From an uncultured delta proteobacterium (lineage in GTDB: Bacteria; Myxococcota_A; Polyangia; Polyangiales; JAFGIB01), in NCBI GenBank assembly GCA_963778655.1, contig CAVZVA010000010.1, positions 768,001 to 832,000 of the forward strand: a stretch of 64,000 nt of DNA, given 5' to 3'. Below the pieces are notes generated by a model, which did no database searches, was not told the DNA's origin, and saw only the letters and a program-made list of their open reading frames with translations. This document shows, one piece after another, positions 1 to 10,167 of the stretch. Numbering within the stretch: position 1 is the stretch's first letter; each line of letters starts with the position of its first letter. The translations under genes and the position numbers were made by a program.

Positions 1-2
1 AG

Positions 3-989
3 CGCAGCGACGATGGCGGCGAACACTGGACAGCGCGCGCCACGCTCGATCAACGGCCGGTCAGTGCGCTCGTGCTCGACCCGCGCGATCCGGACACGCT
101 CTACGTGAGCCAGGCGATGTCGACCGACGCCGCAGCCGAGGGCGCATCCGAGGGCGCGTCGATCGCGGTGTCGAGCGACGGCGGCGCGACCTTCGCAACG
201 GTTGCGCAGCAGCGCGCGCTCACGCTGCTCCACGTGCAGGACGAACCGGCGCGAATCTGGGCGCGCGCGCGCGTCGCCACCAGCGGCGTCGGTGTGGATA
301 TCCTGCGCGCCGAGCGCGTGCAGGGTCCGTGGCAAGTCGTGCTCAGCGTCAACTTCTTCGGCGGCTTCGCCGTCGATCCGAACGACGCCGACGTGATCTG
401 GGTCGGCGACGAAGCGCGCGGCGTGTACCGCTCGAGCGACGGCGGCGACAGCTTCGACAAGTCGCAACCCGACATCGCCGCCTCGTGCCTCGCGTACGGT
501 GACGGGGCGCTGTGGGCCTGCACGCCCGGCTTGCCTCAGCGCACCGCGCTCGCGCGCTCGCCCGACGCGCTGGCCGCGTTCGCGCCGATCATGGCGTTCG
601 CCGACGTGCAGCAGTTGGTGGCGTGTTCGCCGCAGGCGAACGTGGTCGATCGATGTGCCGCCGCATGGGTCGAATGGCAGCGCGACGTGCTGATGACGCT
701 GCCGGCGGAACAGGCGCCCGCGATGGGGGCGCCGGACGCCGGCGCGCACGAGATGACGCGCGCGCCCGATGCAGCCGCCGCGCCCGAGGAGGTGCGCAGC
801 CCGGACCAGGCGGCACAGGCGTCGGGTTGCACGGTCAGAATGCAGCAGCGCGCAACATCCGGCGCGGCCTGCGTATGGTGCGCCTGCGTGCTGTTGGCGT
901 TCGTCTTGGGCGCAAGCCGCTGGGGCTCGCGCCAGCGCCGCGCTCTCGACACGGCGCCGTGGTTTTGCGATGGTGCGAGGTCGTTTCGG
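3..989 (+). CDS. 5'-truncated BNR/Asp-box beta-propeller surface protein ending in a MYXO-CTERM-like sorting signal; no stop codon before the downstream sigma factor
   Basis: Frame open from position 3. Asp-boxes RSDDGGEHW, VSSDGGATF and RSSDGGDSF. Tail SGCTV...CVLLAFVLGASRWGSRQRR (GC motif, TM helix, Arg cluster). Confidence 0.7.
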
Positions 990-1547
990 ATGCAGAGCGA
1001 TCTCGAGTTGATGCAGCGCGCAGCGTCGGGCGATCCCGACGCCTTTGCCGCCATCTACGATCGACATGCCGCGACCTTGCTCGCGCTCGCCCGGCGCATG
1101 CTGCGCCGGTCCGACGATGCGCGCGACCTGTTGCACGACGTCTTTCTCGAGGCCTGGCAGCACGTGCGCGAGTACGATCCGACGCGCGCGACGCCGCGCA
1201 CCTGGCTGATCGTTCGCCTGCGCTCGCGCGCGCTCGATCGCCGCGCGCATGCCGCGCGTGGTACGCGCGTGGCCCAAACGCTCGATGCCTTGCCCGAACT
1301 GGCGCCGGCCAGCACGGCGCACAGCGAGGCGCGTGCGGACGAGCGGCGCGAGATCACACGCTCGCTCGCGGAGCTCGATTGCGACCTGCGGCGCGTGCTC
1401 GAGCTAACCTATTACGAAGGTCTGACCGCGCTCGAGATCAGCGAACGCGACGGCACGCCGGTCGGCACGGTTCGATCGCGGCTGGCGCGCGGCTTGGACC
1501 AACTGCGCGCGCTGCTGGCGCAGGTAACGGAGCAGGGCGATGGCTGA
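990..1547 (+). CDS. ECF sigma-70 factor
   Basis: SDLELMQRAASGDPDAFAAIYDRH, DLLHDVFLEAW, WLIVRLRSRALD and region-4 GTVRSRLARG. ATG at 990 with GAGG upstream. Confidence 0.9.
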   Translation: MQSDLELMQRAASGDPDAFAAIYDRHAATLLALARRMLRRSDDARDLLHDVFLEAWQHVREYDPTRATPRTWLIVRLRSRALDRRAHAARGTRVAQTLDALPELAPASTAHSEARADERREITRSLAELDCDLRRVLELTYYEGLTALEISERDGTPVGTVRSRLARGLDQLRALLAQVTEQGDG

Positions 1548-2016
1548 CGCGAACGACGACGACGGCGATCTCGAGGCGATGTCGCTGCTGGCGGCGGCGC
1601 TGCCGCCGATCGAGCCTTCGCCTGCGGACCGCTCGCGCTTCCAGCAGGCATTGCAACGCGCGCGGTTTGCGCCGTTTGCACGCGAGATCGCCGAGAAGCT
1701 CGCGATCGCGCCCGAGTTGCTGCTGACGGCGCTCGAGCGCGTCGATGACGACGACGCGTGGATCGGCCCGCCAACGCTGGCGCTGCGCATCCTGCCGGTG
1801 CGCGGCCGCGTCGTCATCTCGCGCCTGCGGGCCGGCACGATCATTCCGCATCACCGCCACGCGACGCGCGAGTTTACGTACGTGCTCGACGGCGTGTTGA
1901 TCTCGGCCGGGACCGAGCACGGGCGCGCGGCGTGCCTCGACATGGCGCCCGGTACCGAGCACGAGCTGCGCGTGTCGGCGGACAGCGATTGCCTGGTGGT
2001 GTTCGCCACGTTCTGA
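1540..2016 (+). CDS. ChrR-like cupin anti-sigma factor
   Basis: Overlaps the sigma stop. Cupin motif PHHRH..REFTYVLDG...MAPGTEHEL. Confidence 0.75.
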   Translation: MADANDDDGDLEAMSLLAAALPPIEPSPADRSRFQQALQRARFAPFAREIAEKLAIAPELLLTALERVDDDDAWIGPPTLALRILPVRGRVVISRLRAGTIIPHHRHATREFTYVLDGVLISAGTEHGRAACLDMAPGTEHELRVSADSDCLVVFATF

Positions 2017-2130
2017 ACGCAGGGGACACTGCGGGGACACCGCGCGGCACCGGGGGGGGCACATAGCGCTTGTCGGGTAGAGGGGAGGGATGCCGCGTAC
2101 GGCGCGTGTTCAATGCCCTGGGGGTGTGTT

Positions 2131-2745
2131 TCATGTGGTGTCGCGGTTTGCGCGCGATGAGTGGTGGCTCGATCGGGCTGGGGCTCGCACGTAGACGAAG
2201 CCGTCGGCGTACGCGAGCGAGGCGCTGCCCGTGATGTCGTCTCGCATCCAGAGCTGTGTGCCGTGTTCGAGGTCGATGGCGTAGGTGCCCCCGCTCGCCA
2301 TCGCGAAGACTTTGCCTTCGGCCACGACTGGCGAGCCGATCGGAAAGCCGGAGACGGTAAAGCGCCACTGCTCCGTTAGCTGACTCGCGTTCTGAACCGA
2401 GAGCGTCGTCTCGCTGGGATTGAAGTACCAGTTCTTCGCGTCGTAACCCATCATCCTCCATGGGTTCGACGCCCCACTCGTGCTTGCGCCGGTCGTTCCC
2501 CCGTCGGGTGAGGCGGCGTCCGCGACTGCGCGCGATCCGTCCTGCGCCCCAGCGCCGAGCCCCGAGGCGTCGGCCGCCCGTGCATCTGGGCCTGCGATCG
2601 GAACGCTCGTGCTCCCGGAGGGCCCCCCGGCGCCGTCGCCGCTCCCAGCTCCCGCCTGTACGCCCGGCCCGCGTTGCGAGCAACCGGCGACGATCAACAG
2701 CGCGCACAGCGCGGCGCGTGCGTTGGGTCGAACGGCGTGCGGCCG
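2131..2745 (-). pseudogene. Truncated PQQ-type beta-propeller lipoprotein fragment
   Basis: Lipobox LIVAGC, Gly-rich linker, WRMMGYDAKNWYFNPSET..LTEQWRF..GSPVVAEGKVF..YAIDLEHGTQLW. Stops after about two blades and has no clear start codon. Confidence 0.55.
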
Positions 2746-3708
2746 TTCGCGCTCGCGTTCGTGCACTGGGCGGACGACGGCAGCCTCGTGCTCGAAGCGT
2801 TGCAGGTGCCGGGCTCGCTCCCGGATACGGCGCGCGCGTTGTCGAAGATGACCGGTGGCAACGCGCTCTTCGTGCACGAGCTCGTGCGCCACGTGCTCGC
2901 GACTGGAGTCGGGCTCGATGCGGCGCTGCCGCCGAGTCTGCAGCACATCGTCCGCGCGCGGGTCACGAGCTTGCCCGAGGTCAGCGTGGAGCGCCTCGGT
3001 CAAGCGGCCGTGCTCGGGGACGAGCTCACGCTCGCTGCGCTCGCCGCGCTCGCTGGCGTATCGGCTCCGGAGCTCGACCGTGATCTCGAGCCGGTCCTGC
3101 GGAGCGGGCTCTTGCAACGCAGCCCGCGCGAACCGAGCCTTGATCCAAGACGGCGGGCGCACAAGCCTGAGAACCGCTGGTTCGGCGCGTTGTGGAAAGC
3201 GCAGTTTGCGCTCGAGCAAGGCGATCGCGCGCGGGCCGTCGAGCACTTTGCGATCTTGCGCGAAACGAGCTTGAGTCCCGTGCTTGGCGAGCGCAGGTTG
3301 CTCGTCCGACCCGAAACGCTGATGCGCCTCGCCGATGTATGCGCCGAGATCGGGACGCCGGCGGAGATGGAGCAACTCTACGCTGCCCTCTTGCCACGCG
3401 CCGAGTACTGCATCAACGATGGTGTGCTGATCACTTGGGGCTCGTGCTCGCGCGTGCTCGGAGCGCTCGCCTTTGCGCTCGAGCGTTTTGCGGACGCCGA
3501 GCGGCGCTTCGAGAACGCGCTCGCCATGAACCAGCGCATCGGCCATCGCCCCGAGATCGCGAGAACCCAGCTCCAGCTCGCGCGCTTGCGCCTTCGGACG
3601 GGAGCCAGCGGAGCGGCGCGCGCGCTGCTATCCGACGTCGTGCACGACGCGGCCGATATGGGGATGGTCAAGCTGCTCGAGCGCGCGCGAACATTGGCCG
3701 CCGACTGA
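2746..3708 (+). pseudogene. Remnant of an AAA/STAND ATPase-TPR regulator with internal deletions
   Basis: HWADDGSL (Walker B-adjacent), TGGNALFVHEL, LPPSLQHIVRARV and C-terminal TPR-like helices. Walker A and most of the ATPase domain are absent. Confidence 0.55.
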
Positions 3709-3832
3709 TCCTGAATCACGAGCCCAGCTTGGCTGCGCGCAAACGAAGTAACCCAAGATTCGATCGTGGCCGATAGACCGGCGATCGAGCCTTGCGAGTC
3801 GCTCACGCGTCGGCTCGTCTGCCGGGGCGCAG

Positions 3833-3854
3833 GGGGACGGTCCGGACCGTCCCC
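3833..3854. terminator. Perfect 22-bp palindrome between convergent genes (possible terminator or REP-like hairpin)
   Basis: GGGGACGGTCCGGACCGTCCCC immediately after the esterase stop. No clear U-tract. Confidence 0.35.
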
Positions 3855-5414
3855 TCATTCTCGGGCGTACAGCTCGTCCCAGAGCTCGCGTAGCTCGTGC
3901 AGGGGGTCGTTCTCGAGCCGGACCTCGTTGTCGAAGATCATCGTAGGCCGCGTCTGGCTGTCGTAGGCCGGCCAGTGCGGGATTTCGGAGGTGTTGGGAT
4001 CGCCGGTCTTGGCGAACGCGACCCAGGCTGCCGCGAAGCGTCCCGCCAATGCGCGCGCTTCCGGGGTGTTGCCGGTGAGCCCGCCACCTGCGCTGTTGAA
4101 GGCGAGCCCGACATCGACGCCGTGGACCGCGCCGAACTTGCCGCCCAGCGCCGGCGAGGGCCAGGTGAACAAGTACAAGTACGCGGGGGCTTTGCCCAGG
4201 GCCGCCTTGCGCTCGGCCATGGTCGTGGCGGCGCGGCGTCCCCCGCGGTCGGTCTGCATCCTGGCCAGCAACAGGAACGGCGATGTGTCGGGATAGCGCC
4301 GGCGATACAGCTCGAAGATGCGATCGACATGCTGAGCTGAGCGCCTGCGCTTGCGCAGCGCCTCCTTCACGCCGGCATCGTCGATGTCGAAGCGCCCACC
4401 CATGGCTGCATCGTCGAGCGTGGTGCCGACGATGAGCGGGACGTCGGCGGTGATCTCGGGTGCAGTCGGATCGAAGGGATGGCGCGGAATGGCACTGCCG
4501 TCGACGACCGGCGCAAAGCCCATCGACCGCGTCTCGGTTGCGATCGTGCGCTCCGCCGCGAGCAGTCGGTCGAAGGGCAGCGCCTGCAAGTCGGCGATCT
4601 TGGTCTTGTCGAGGTCGAGCTTGGCCAGCAGTCGCTCCGCCATCTGGGTCGCGAAGTCGCGCGTCATCAGCCGCAGCGCCGAGCCGCTCTGCACGGCGGC
4701 GCGACGGAACAGCCCCTTGGCCGAGGGCATCGCCATCAGCGTGCTGGTCTTGGCGCCGCCGCCCGATTGGCCGAAGACCATCACGGTCTGCGGATCGCCG
4801 CCGAAACGCTCGATGTTGTCGCGTACCCATTCCAGCGCGGCCACCAAGTCGAGCATGCCGGCCGTGCCCGACTGCGCGAATTCCGGACCCGCGAGGTCGC
4901 CCAGGTGCAGGTAGCCGAGCGCGCCCAGCCGGTGATTGACGGTCACCACCACGACATCGCCGAAGCGCGCCAGCGACTTGCCGTTGTAGCCCGGCGTGGA
5001 GCCCGAGCCGCTGGTGAAGCCACCGCCGTGAATCGAGAGCATGACGGCGCGTTTGCGACCGTCGAGGCCCGGCGTCCACACATTGAGAACCAGACAGTCC
5101 TCGCCCATGCCTCCCGGGTGGTTGTCCCAGCCGATCACCCTGCCGTACTCGCTGGTCGCGCCCACCGGTTGCGGCGCCACCGACCCGAACTCGAGCGCGT
5201 CGCGCACGCCCGTCCACGGCATGGGCCTGCTGGGCGGCATGAACCGGTTCTTGCCCGCGGTGCTGCCTCCATAAGGGATGCCCTTGAAGACTTTGATGCC
5301 GCTCACGTCGCATCCGCGAAGACGTCCGTAACGGGTCTCGACCTCCACCAGGTTTGGGCTCTCGTTCGAGTCGGTTCGAGGATCGGTGTCTGAACGGGGT
5401 TCGGTGTTCGCCAT
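3855..5414 (-). CDS. Type-B carboxylesterase (para-nitrobenzyl esterase family)
   Basis: FKGIPY, EDCLVLNVWTP, HGGGF, catalytic FGQSGGG, GAVHGVDV. Confidence 0.93.
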   Translation of the reverse strand: MANTEPRSDTDPRTDSNESPNLVEVETRYGRLRGCDVSGIKVFKGIPYGGSTAGKNRFMPPSRPMPWTGVRDALEFGSVAPQPVGATSEYGRVIGWDNHPGGMGEDCLVLNVWTPGLDGRKRAVMLSIHGGGFTSGSGSTPGYNGKSLARFGDVVVVTVNHRLGALGYLHLGDLAGPEFAQSGTAGMLDLVAALEWVRDNIERFGGDPQTVMVFGQSGGGAKTSTLMAMPSAKGLFRRAAVQSGSALRLMTRDFATQMAERLLAKLDLDKTKIADLQALPFDRLLAAERTIATETRSMGFAPVVDGSAIPRHPFDPTAPEITADVPLIVGTTLDDAAMGGRFDIDDAGVKEALRKRRRSAQHVDRIFELYRRRYPDTSPFLLLARMQTDRGGRRAATTMAERKAALGKAPAYLYLFTWPSPALGGKFGAVHGVDVGLAFNSAGGGLTGNTPEARALAGRFAAAWVAFAKTGDPNTSEIPHWPAYDSQTRPTMIFDNEVRLENDPLHELRELWDELYARE

Positions 5415-5736
5415 GGCGAGTCTCCCTTGCGGCGCCGGGTTTGGCCGTGATGCTGCACGCTACCAGTAAATCGACTGCTTTGCGCGAAGGGAACCGAGGT
5501 CTGCGAGCCCAAAGAACTGTCTTCTGGGCTCGCCATGGAGCGAGTTGTTTGCGCCGAACAAGTCTGACTCGGGCGTACGTGAGCAGACCGGAGGGCTCTC
5601 AAAACCGGCCTGCACGCCAGCCGATTGGCATGACCCTGGCGCGGTTCCCAATCCACCCCAATCCAGCTTCCGCGCGTACGACGCGGCGGTTGGCTGGCTG
5701 AACCGGTGGTGGACAAAGGGAGGGAGCTGAACCTGC

Positions 5737-6588
5737 CTACTGGGGCATGCCGGTCCAGACCGTCTTTTCGAGCATCGCGGCCTCGACCGCGGCCTGGGCG
5801 TCGGCGCCAGTCGAGCTCTCGGTCAGCGCGAGCATCGCGGTGTCGAGCGCGTACAGGCGGTACTCGTAGCTGCCGGCAAAGCTGCCGCTGCTGCAGGGGC
5901 CGTAGTACGCATGGGGGTCGCTGCCCATGCTCGCGACCTGGTGCGCGCCCGCCGGAGCGGTGAGCGCATAGCCCGAGGGCAAGCCTTCGGGCAGCGTGTG
6001 GACGTTCGCGGGGATGTCCCAGAGCACCCAGTGCAGCATGTTGTAGCGCGTGTCGTAGAGCACGATCGCGAAGCTCTTGGTCTCCGCCGGCCCGCCGGTC
6101 CACGACAGCGCAGGCGACTTGTTCTCGCCGCTGCCCCCGCCGATGGCATCCATGGGACACTTGTTGCGCGCGGGCACGCTGCTGCCCATCGTGAACGCCC
6201 CCGTGTACATCAGCGGTCCGCCGAGGCTGCCGCCCGCGTCGCTGTTCGCCGCCGCGTCCGGCGTCCCCGCGTCGCTGGTCATGCCGCTTGCGCCGGCGCC
6301 GGCTGCGCTGCTCATTCCGCCGGTGCCGATCGTGCCGATCGTGCCGGCCGCGCCGGTCGTCCCGCCGGTGCTGATCGTGCCGCCCGTCCCGATCACGCCG
6401 CCCTCGCCGCTGATCGGAGTCGCGGCCGCGCTACCGCCGCCGCCTGCGGGGACGCCGGTGCCACCGGTCGCCGCCTGGCCCGCGGCTGGAGAGCCGCCGC
6501 CCTTGTTACTGCAGCCGCCCAGCAGCGACAGCGAAAGAGACAACGATAGCAACGCCCAGCAGAAGCGGTTGGAGGGACTCCAATCCAT
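5737..6588 (-). CDS. YbhB/YbcL (PEBP/Raf-kinase-inhibitor-like) lipoprotein with Gly/Thr-rich linker
   Basis: Lipobox LLGGC. NKSPALSW, KSFAIVLYD, HWVLWDIP, YYGPC, YEYRLYALD. Confidence 0.85.
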   Translation of the reverse strand: MDWSPSNRFCWALLSLSLSLSLLGGCSNKGGGSPAAGQAATGGTGVPAGGGGSAAATPISGEGGVIGTGGTISTGGTTGAAGTIGTIGTGGMSSAAGAGASGMTSDAGTPDAAANSDAGGSLGGPLMYTGAFTMGSSVPARNKCPMDAIGGGSGENKSPALSWTGGPAETKSFAIVLYDTRYNMLHWVLWDIPANVHTLPEGLPSGYALTAPAGAHQVASMGSDPHAYYGPCSSGSFAGSYEYRLYALDTAMLALTESSTGADAQAAVEAAMLEKTVWTGMPQ

Positions 6589-6725
6589 CGCACGACCTCG
6601 CAAAGCCTGACCCGGCACCACACCGGCGTCACCCACCGGCCAGCCATGTACCCCGAGCCGCGCACAAGGCGCAACCAAACCCGCCGCGCGCCGGGCCAAA
6701 GCGGCCTGGTGGCGGGACCCTATGC

Positions 6726-7244
6726 TCACGGTTGCGCGAAACAGGTGCTCGGCAGCTGCGCGCGCATGCACGCCGCGCTGTCGAGCTGGCTGCGCAGCCA
6801 CGAGGTCAGGCACACGTCGGCGTCGTCGCCTGCATGGATCAGGGTGCCGCCCTTGTGGTGCTCGAGCCCGCGCGCCTTGCGGATCAGCGACAGCCGCTCA
6901 GGGCGCGCGCCGCCGCCGGCGATCACCGCGCTCATCGCCGCGGGCTCGAGCGCGACCACCGACTCGTAGTCCTGATCGATCTCGCCGGCAGTGGTGCAGG
7001 CGGGCGAGAGCGGGCGGTCGCTCGGTGCCCAGCGCAGGCCTTCGTTGCCGTAGAGCCGCAGGTTACGCCCGACCTGGCCGTGGCAGTCGAGCGTGCCGCA
7101 GTGGTGGTCCAAGAGCTGCGCCACCAGCGGGAACGAGGCGCTGTCGGGCAGCAGCTCGTGCACCCGCGCGTCGGCCGCCGGCACCGTGCACGCCCACGGC
7201 CCCAGCGCCAGCACCAAGAGCAGTGCCGCGCGCAAGCGGCTCAT
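6726..7244 (-). CDS. Lipoprotein with an atypical heme-c-like CX4CH motif
   Basis: Signal peptide ending PWAC, CGTLDCHG and distal HHKGG. ATGA coupling to the upstream gene. Confidence 0.6.
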   Translation of the reverse strand: MSRLRAALLLVLALGPWACTVPAADARVHELLPDSASFPLVAQLLDHHCGTLDCHGQVGRNLRLYGNEGLRWAPSDRPLSPACTTAGEIDQDYESVVALEPAAMSAVIAGGGARPERLSLIRKARGLEHHKGGTLIHAGDDADVCLTSWLRSQLDSAACMRAQLPSTCFAQP

Positions 7245-7759
7245 GGTGGCACGCTCCCGTCGTCGAGCCGCACGTACACATGGCCCGGCGAGGCGGGTCC
7301 GGCCGGGTCGACGTGACAGCCGGCGCAGGAGCCGTCGCGGCCGATATTGGTGTGCATCAACGTGCGTTGGCCCTGAAAGCTCACGCTGGTCTGCAGCGGA
7401 TACACTGGGCGATACTGATCCGGGTAGACGTAGAAGTTGCCCGCCCGGTTGGTCACCACCTCGAACGGCGCGCCGTCCGCGCCCTGCAGCTCGACGGTGG
7501 CGCCCTCGGCCGGCTGCGTGCCGCTCGGCTGCAGATAGACCGTACCGGCTACGCTGAACGCCTCCGGATCGCCGAGCGCGCCGTCGTGGCACAGCAAGCA
7601 GGGCTGGCCCGGCCGGTGCTCCGGCCCGCGGCGCACGCCGCGTGCTTCGCCGCCGAGCGCGGCGATCGCGTTGTCGTGCACGGGGTCACAGGCCGCGAGC
7701 GGCGCGCAGGCGAGCCACAGCAACAGCAACGAGCGTGGGAGCGTTGTGCGCATGCTCAT
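7241..7759 (-). CDS. Diheme c-type cytochrome lipoprotein with a carboxypeptidase-regulatory-like beta-sandwich
   Basis: Lipobox LAAC, CLLCH and CAGCH, FSVAGTVY...TNRAGNFY. ATGA overlap. Confidence 0.75.
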   Translation of the reverse strand: MSMRTTLPRSLLLLWLACAPLAACDPVHDNAIAALGGEARGVRRGPEHRPGQPCLLCHDGALGDPEAFSVAGTVYLQPSGTQPAEGATVELQGADGAPFEVVTNRAGNFYVYPDQYRPVYPLQTSVSFQGQRTLMHTNIGRDGSCAGCHVDPAGPASPGHVYVRLDDGSVPP

Positions 7760-9054
7760 AGCTGGGCCTGCAGCGACAGCGCGGTCAGCGCGGACAGCCT
7801 TGAGCTCAGGTACAGGTCGTCGAGATAGCGCGTGTCGGTGAGATTGACGTCCCATCCCAGCTGCCAGCGCATCGGGTCGCCGGCCGGCCCCAGGCCGAGC
7901 CGCACGCTCGCGCCTGCGGTGACGCCCACCAGCGGTCCCAGCTCGCGATCGCCGGTGCGCAGCGCCGGCAGATCGAAGCCCGGCTGCAGCACGTACGCGC
8001 GCTGCCAGAAGCTGACCGCGTTCTGGGCGTGCACGCGCAGGTGCGGGCCGAGCTCCCAGCGCCGCCCCAGATCGAGCAGATAGCGCGCGTCGGTCGAGCT
8101 CGCCAGCAGCGCCCACGAGTCCGCGTACAGGCGCTCGTCGGCGCGCAGTGTCGAGCGCGCGAAGCGATGGGCCAGCCGCAGGCTGAGCGCGAAGCGATCG
8201 CGCGACAGCGGCAGCTGCTCGAGCGGGCGCGCGGAGACGCGCAGCTGGTTGACCAGCTCGACCGAGGCGCCGGCCGGCACCGCCGTGCCCGGCGCAAACA
8301 GCGGCACGTAGCGATAGGGCTTGGAGGGATCGCCGTGCTCGATCACCGCGTCCGCCAGCACCGACCCGATCGTGGCCTGGTCGAGAACCAGCGTGAGCCC
8401 GGCCTTGATGCTCTCGCGGTCGAGCCTGCGCGAGAACACCGAGAACGGCGTGCCCGAGCGGCCGGCGATGTCGTGGCCGTGGCTGAAGCCGAGCAGCAGG
8501 GTGGCGTTCTGATCGGCCAGGTCCTGGCTCAGCGTGCCGCCCGCGGCCCACGACAGGTAGTCCGGCTCGCTCGAGACCACACCGGTAGCCGCCACGCCGA
8601 ACGCGCCCGGCTTGTACGACGCGTCGAGCGTGCCGGCGTGACGCATCTCGACCCAGCGCCGCGACGCGGTCGAGACGATGTCGACCGAGGCGGCCGACAC
8701 CACGTCGAGCAAGTACTGCCCGCCCGCGCTCCAGCCCGCGACCGGGTTGGAGACGCTGCCGGAGAGCGACGGCGTGAGCACGTACACGTGGTCCGAGTCG
8801 GCGTAGCCGGCGATCTCGGTTCGGGCGTCGACGCGCAGCGACGAGGGCGCAGCGACGTCGGGCTCGGCGCCGGTGTTGCCGGCGCGCGCCGGCGGCGTCG
8901 CGTCCGCCGATTCGCCGCCGGCCAGTGCACCCGCCGCCGCGCTGGTCGGCGGCGGCGGGCTCGCCTGCTGCCCGCGCGCGGTGCCAAGCAAGGCGAAGCC
9001 GGTCAGCGCGGCTGCGGCCAGCCCATATCGCGGGTGCCGCGTTCTCAATTGCAT
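7756..9054 (-). CDS. DUF3570 family outer-membrane beta-barrel protein
   Basis: YLLDVVSAASVDIVSTAS, SSEPDYLS, SKPYRYV, EQLPLSRDR, RLYADSW, TGDRELG. Follows DUF4266. Confidence 0.85.
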   Translation of the reverse strand: MQLRTRHPRYGLAAAALTGFALLGTARGQQASPPPPTSAAAGALAGGESADATPPARAGNTGAEPDVAAPSSLRVDARTEIAGYADSDHVYVLTPSLSGSVSNPVAGWSAGGQYLLDVVSAASVDIVSTASRRWVEMRHAGTLDASYKPGAFGVAATGVVSSEPDYLSWAAGGTLSQDLADQNATLLLGFSHGHDIAGRSGTPFSVFSRRLDRESIKAGLTLVLDQATIGSVLADAVIEHGDPSKPYRYVPLFAPGTAVPAGASVELVNQLRVSARPLEQLPLSRDRFALSLRLAHRFARSTLRADERLYADSWALLASSTDARYLLDLGRRWELGPHLRVHAQNAVSFWQRAYVLQPGFDLPALRTGDRELGPLVGVTAGASVRLGLGPAGDPMRWQLGWDVNLTDTRYLDDLYLSSRLSALTALSLQAQL

Positions 9055-9314
9055 CCGCAGCCACCGCCTGCGGAGTCGCCGCCGCCAACCGCGCCTTCCT
9101 GCACCGAGCGCACGTGCTGCTCGCTCGGCCCGGCCAGATCCGAGATCGCCATGCTGGGGTGGGCGAGCCGCTCGCGCTGGTACGGAGCGACGTGCGCGCA
9201 GCCCGCGAGCACGAAGGCGAGCACGAGCGCGAGCCACCAGCACGCGGCCCGCGCGTGGCCGGCGCGCGCGAGGCGGCAGCTGAGCCGGGCGTGGTCGCGC
9301 TGGGGGGACCGCAT
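9045..9314 (-). CDS. DUF4266 family small lipoprotein
   Basis: LAGCAHVAPYQRERLAHPSM...EGAVGG...GGGCGCN C-terminus. Confidence 0.9.
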   Translation of the reverse strand: MRSPQRDHARLSCRLARAGHARAACWWLALVLAFVLAGCAHVAPYQRERLAHPSMAISDLAGPSEQHVRSVQEGAVGGGDSAGGGCGCN

Positions 9315-9456
9315 GGTGCCAAGGGTGGCGTGCCGCGCGCGTGCCCGCGTCGCCGCACAGACCAGTACCACGAGCGTGATCGCGCCAGTCAGCAGCGCGG
9401 TCTTTTTTCGCGCCGCCGCCCGCCGCCGGGGCCCGCGATTGGGCTACAGTCCGGCC

Positions 9457-10125
9457 ATGCTCGAGTTGCAACGAGACGACGGTGTGTGGGTCCTGCACAT
9501 GCGGGGCGGCGAGAACCGTTTTAACCTCGACTCGCTTCAGGCGATCCACCGCGCGCTGGACGAGGTTGAAGCCTCGACCGAGGCGGGCGCGCTGGTCACG
9601 GTCGGCGAGGGCAAGTTCTACTCCAACGGGCTCGACCTCGAGTGGATGTCCGCCGCGGGGCGCGAGCGCGCCGAGGCCAACATCGATCAAGTGCACGCGC
9701 TGCTCGGCCGCCTGCTTGCGTTTCCACTGATCACCGTGGCCGCGCTCAACGGCCACACCTTCGCGGCCGGCGCGATGCTGGCGCTGGCGCACGACTTTCG
9801 CGTCATGCGTACCGAGCGTGGCTACTTCTGCCTGCCCGAGGTCGACATCCGCATCCCGTTCACGCCGGCGATGAGCGCGATGATCCAGGCGCGGCTGTCC
9901 AAGGCGACCGCGCACGAAGCCATGGTCACGGGCCGGCGCTACAGCGCCGAGCAGGCGCTGCAGGCGGGCATCGTGCAGCAGATCGCCGCCGAGCAGCAGG
10001 TGCTGCCGGCTGCGCTCGCGCTCGCCAAGAGCCTTTCGGGCAAGGACCGCGCGACGCTCGCCACGATCAAGCAGACCGCCTACCGCTCCGCGCTCGACGC
10101 GCTGGCCGCGGCGCGCGCGAAATGA
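9457..10125 (+). CDS. Enoyl-CoA hydratase/isomerase (Delta3-Delta2 isomerase-like)
   Basis: ENRFN, KFYSNGLDL, AALNGHTFAAGAMLALAHDFRVM, FCLPEVDI. Confidence 0.92.
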   Translation: MLELQRDDGVWVLHMRGGENRFNLDSLQAIHRALDEVEASTEAGALVTVGEGKFYSNGLDLEWMSAAGRERAEANIDQVHALLGRLLAFPLITVAALNGHTFAAGAMLALAHDFRVMRTERGYFCLPEVDIRIPFTPAMSAMIQARLSKATAHEAMVTGRRYSAEQALQAGIVQQIAAEQQVLPAALALAKSLSGKDRATLATIKQTAYRSALDALAAARAK

Positions 10126-10167
10126 GCGCTCGCGCTCACGACTGACGCTCCAAATCAGAGCTCGCGA

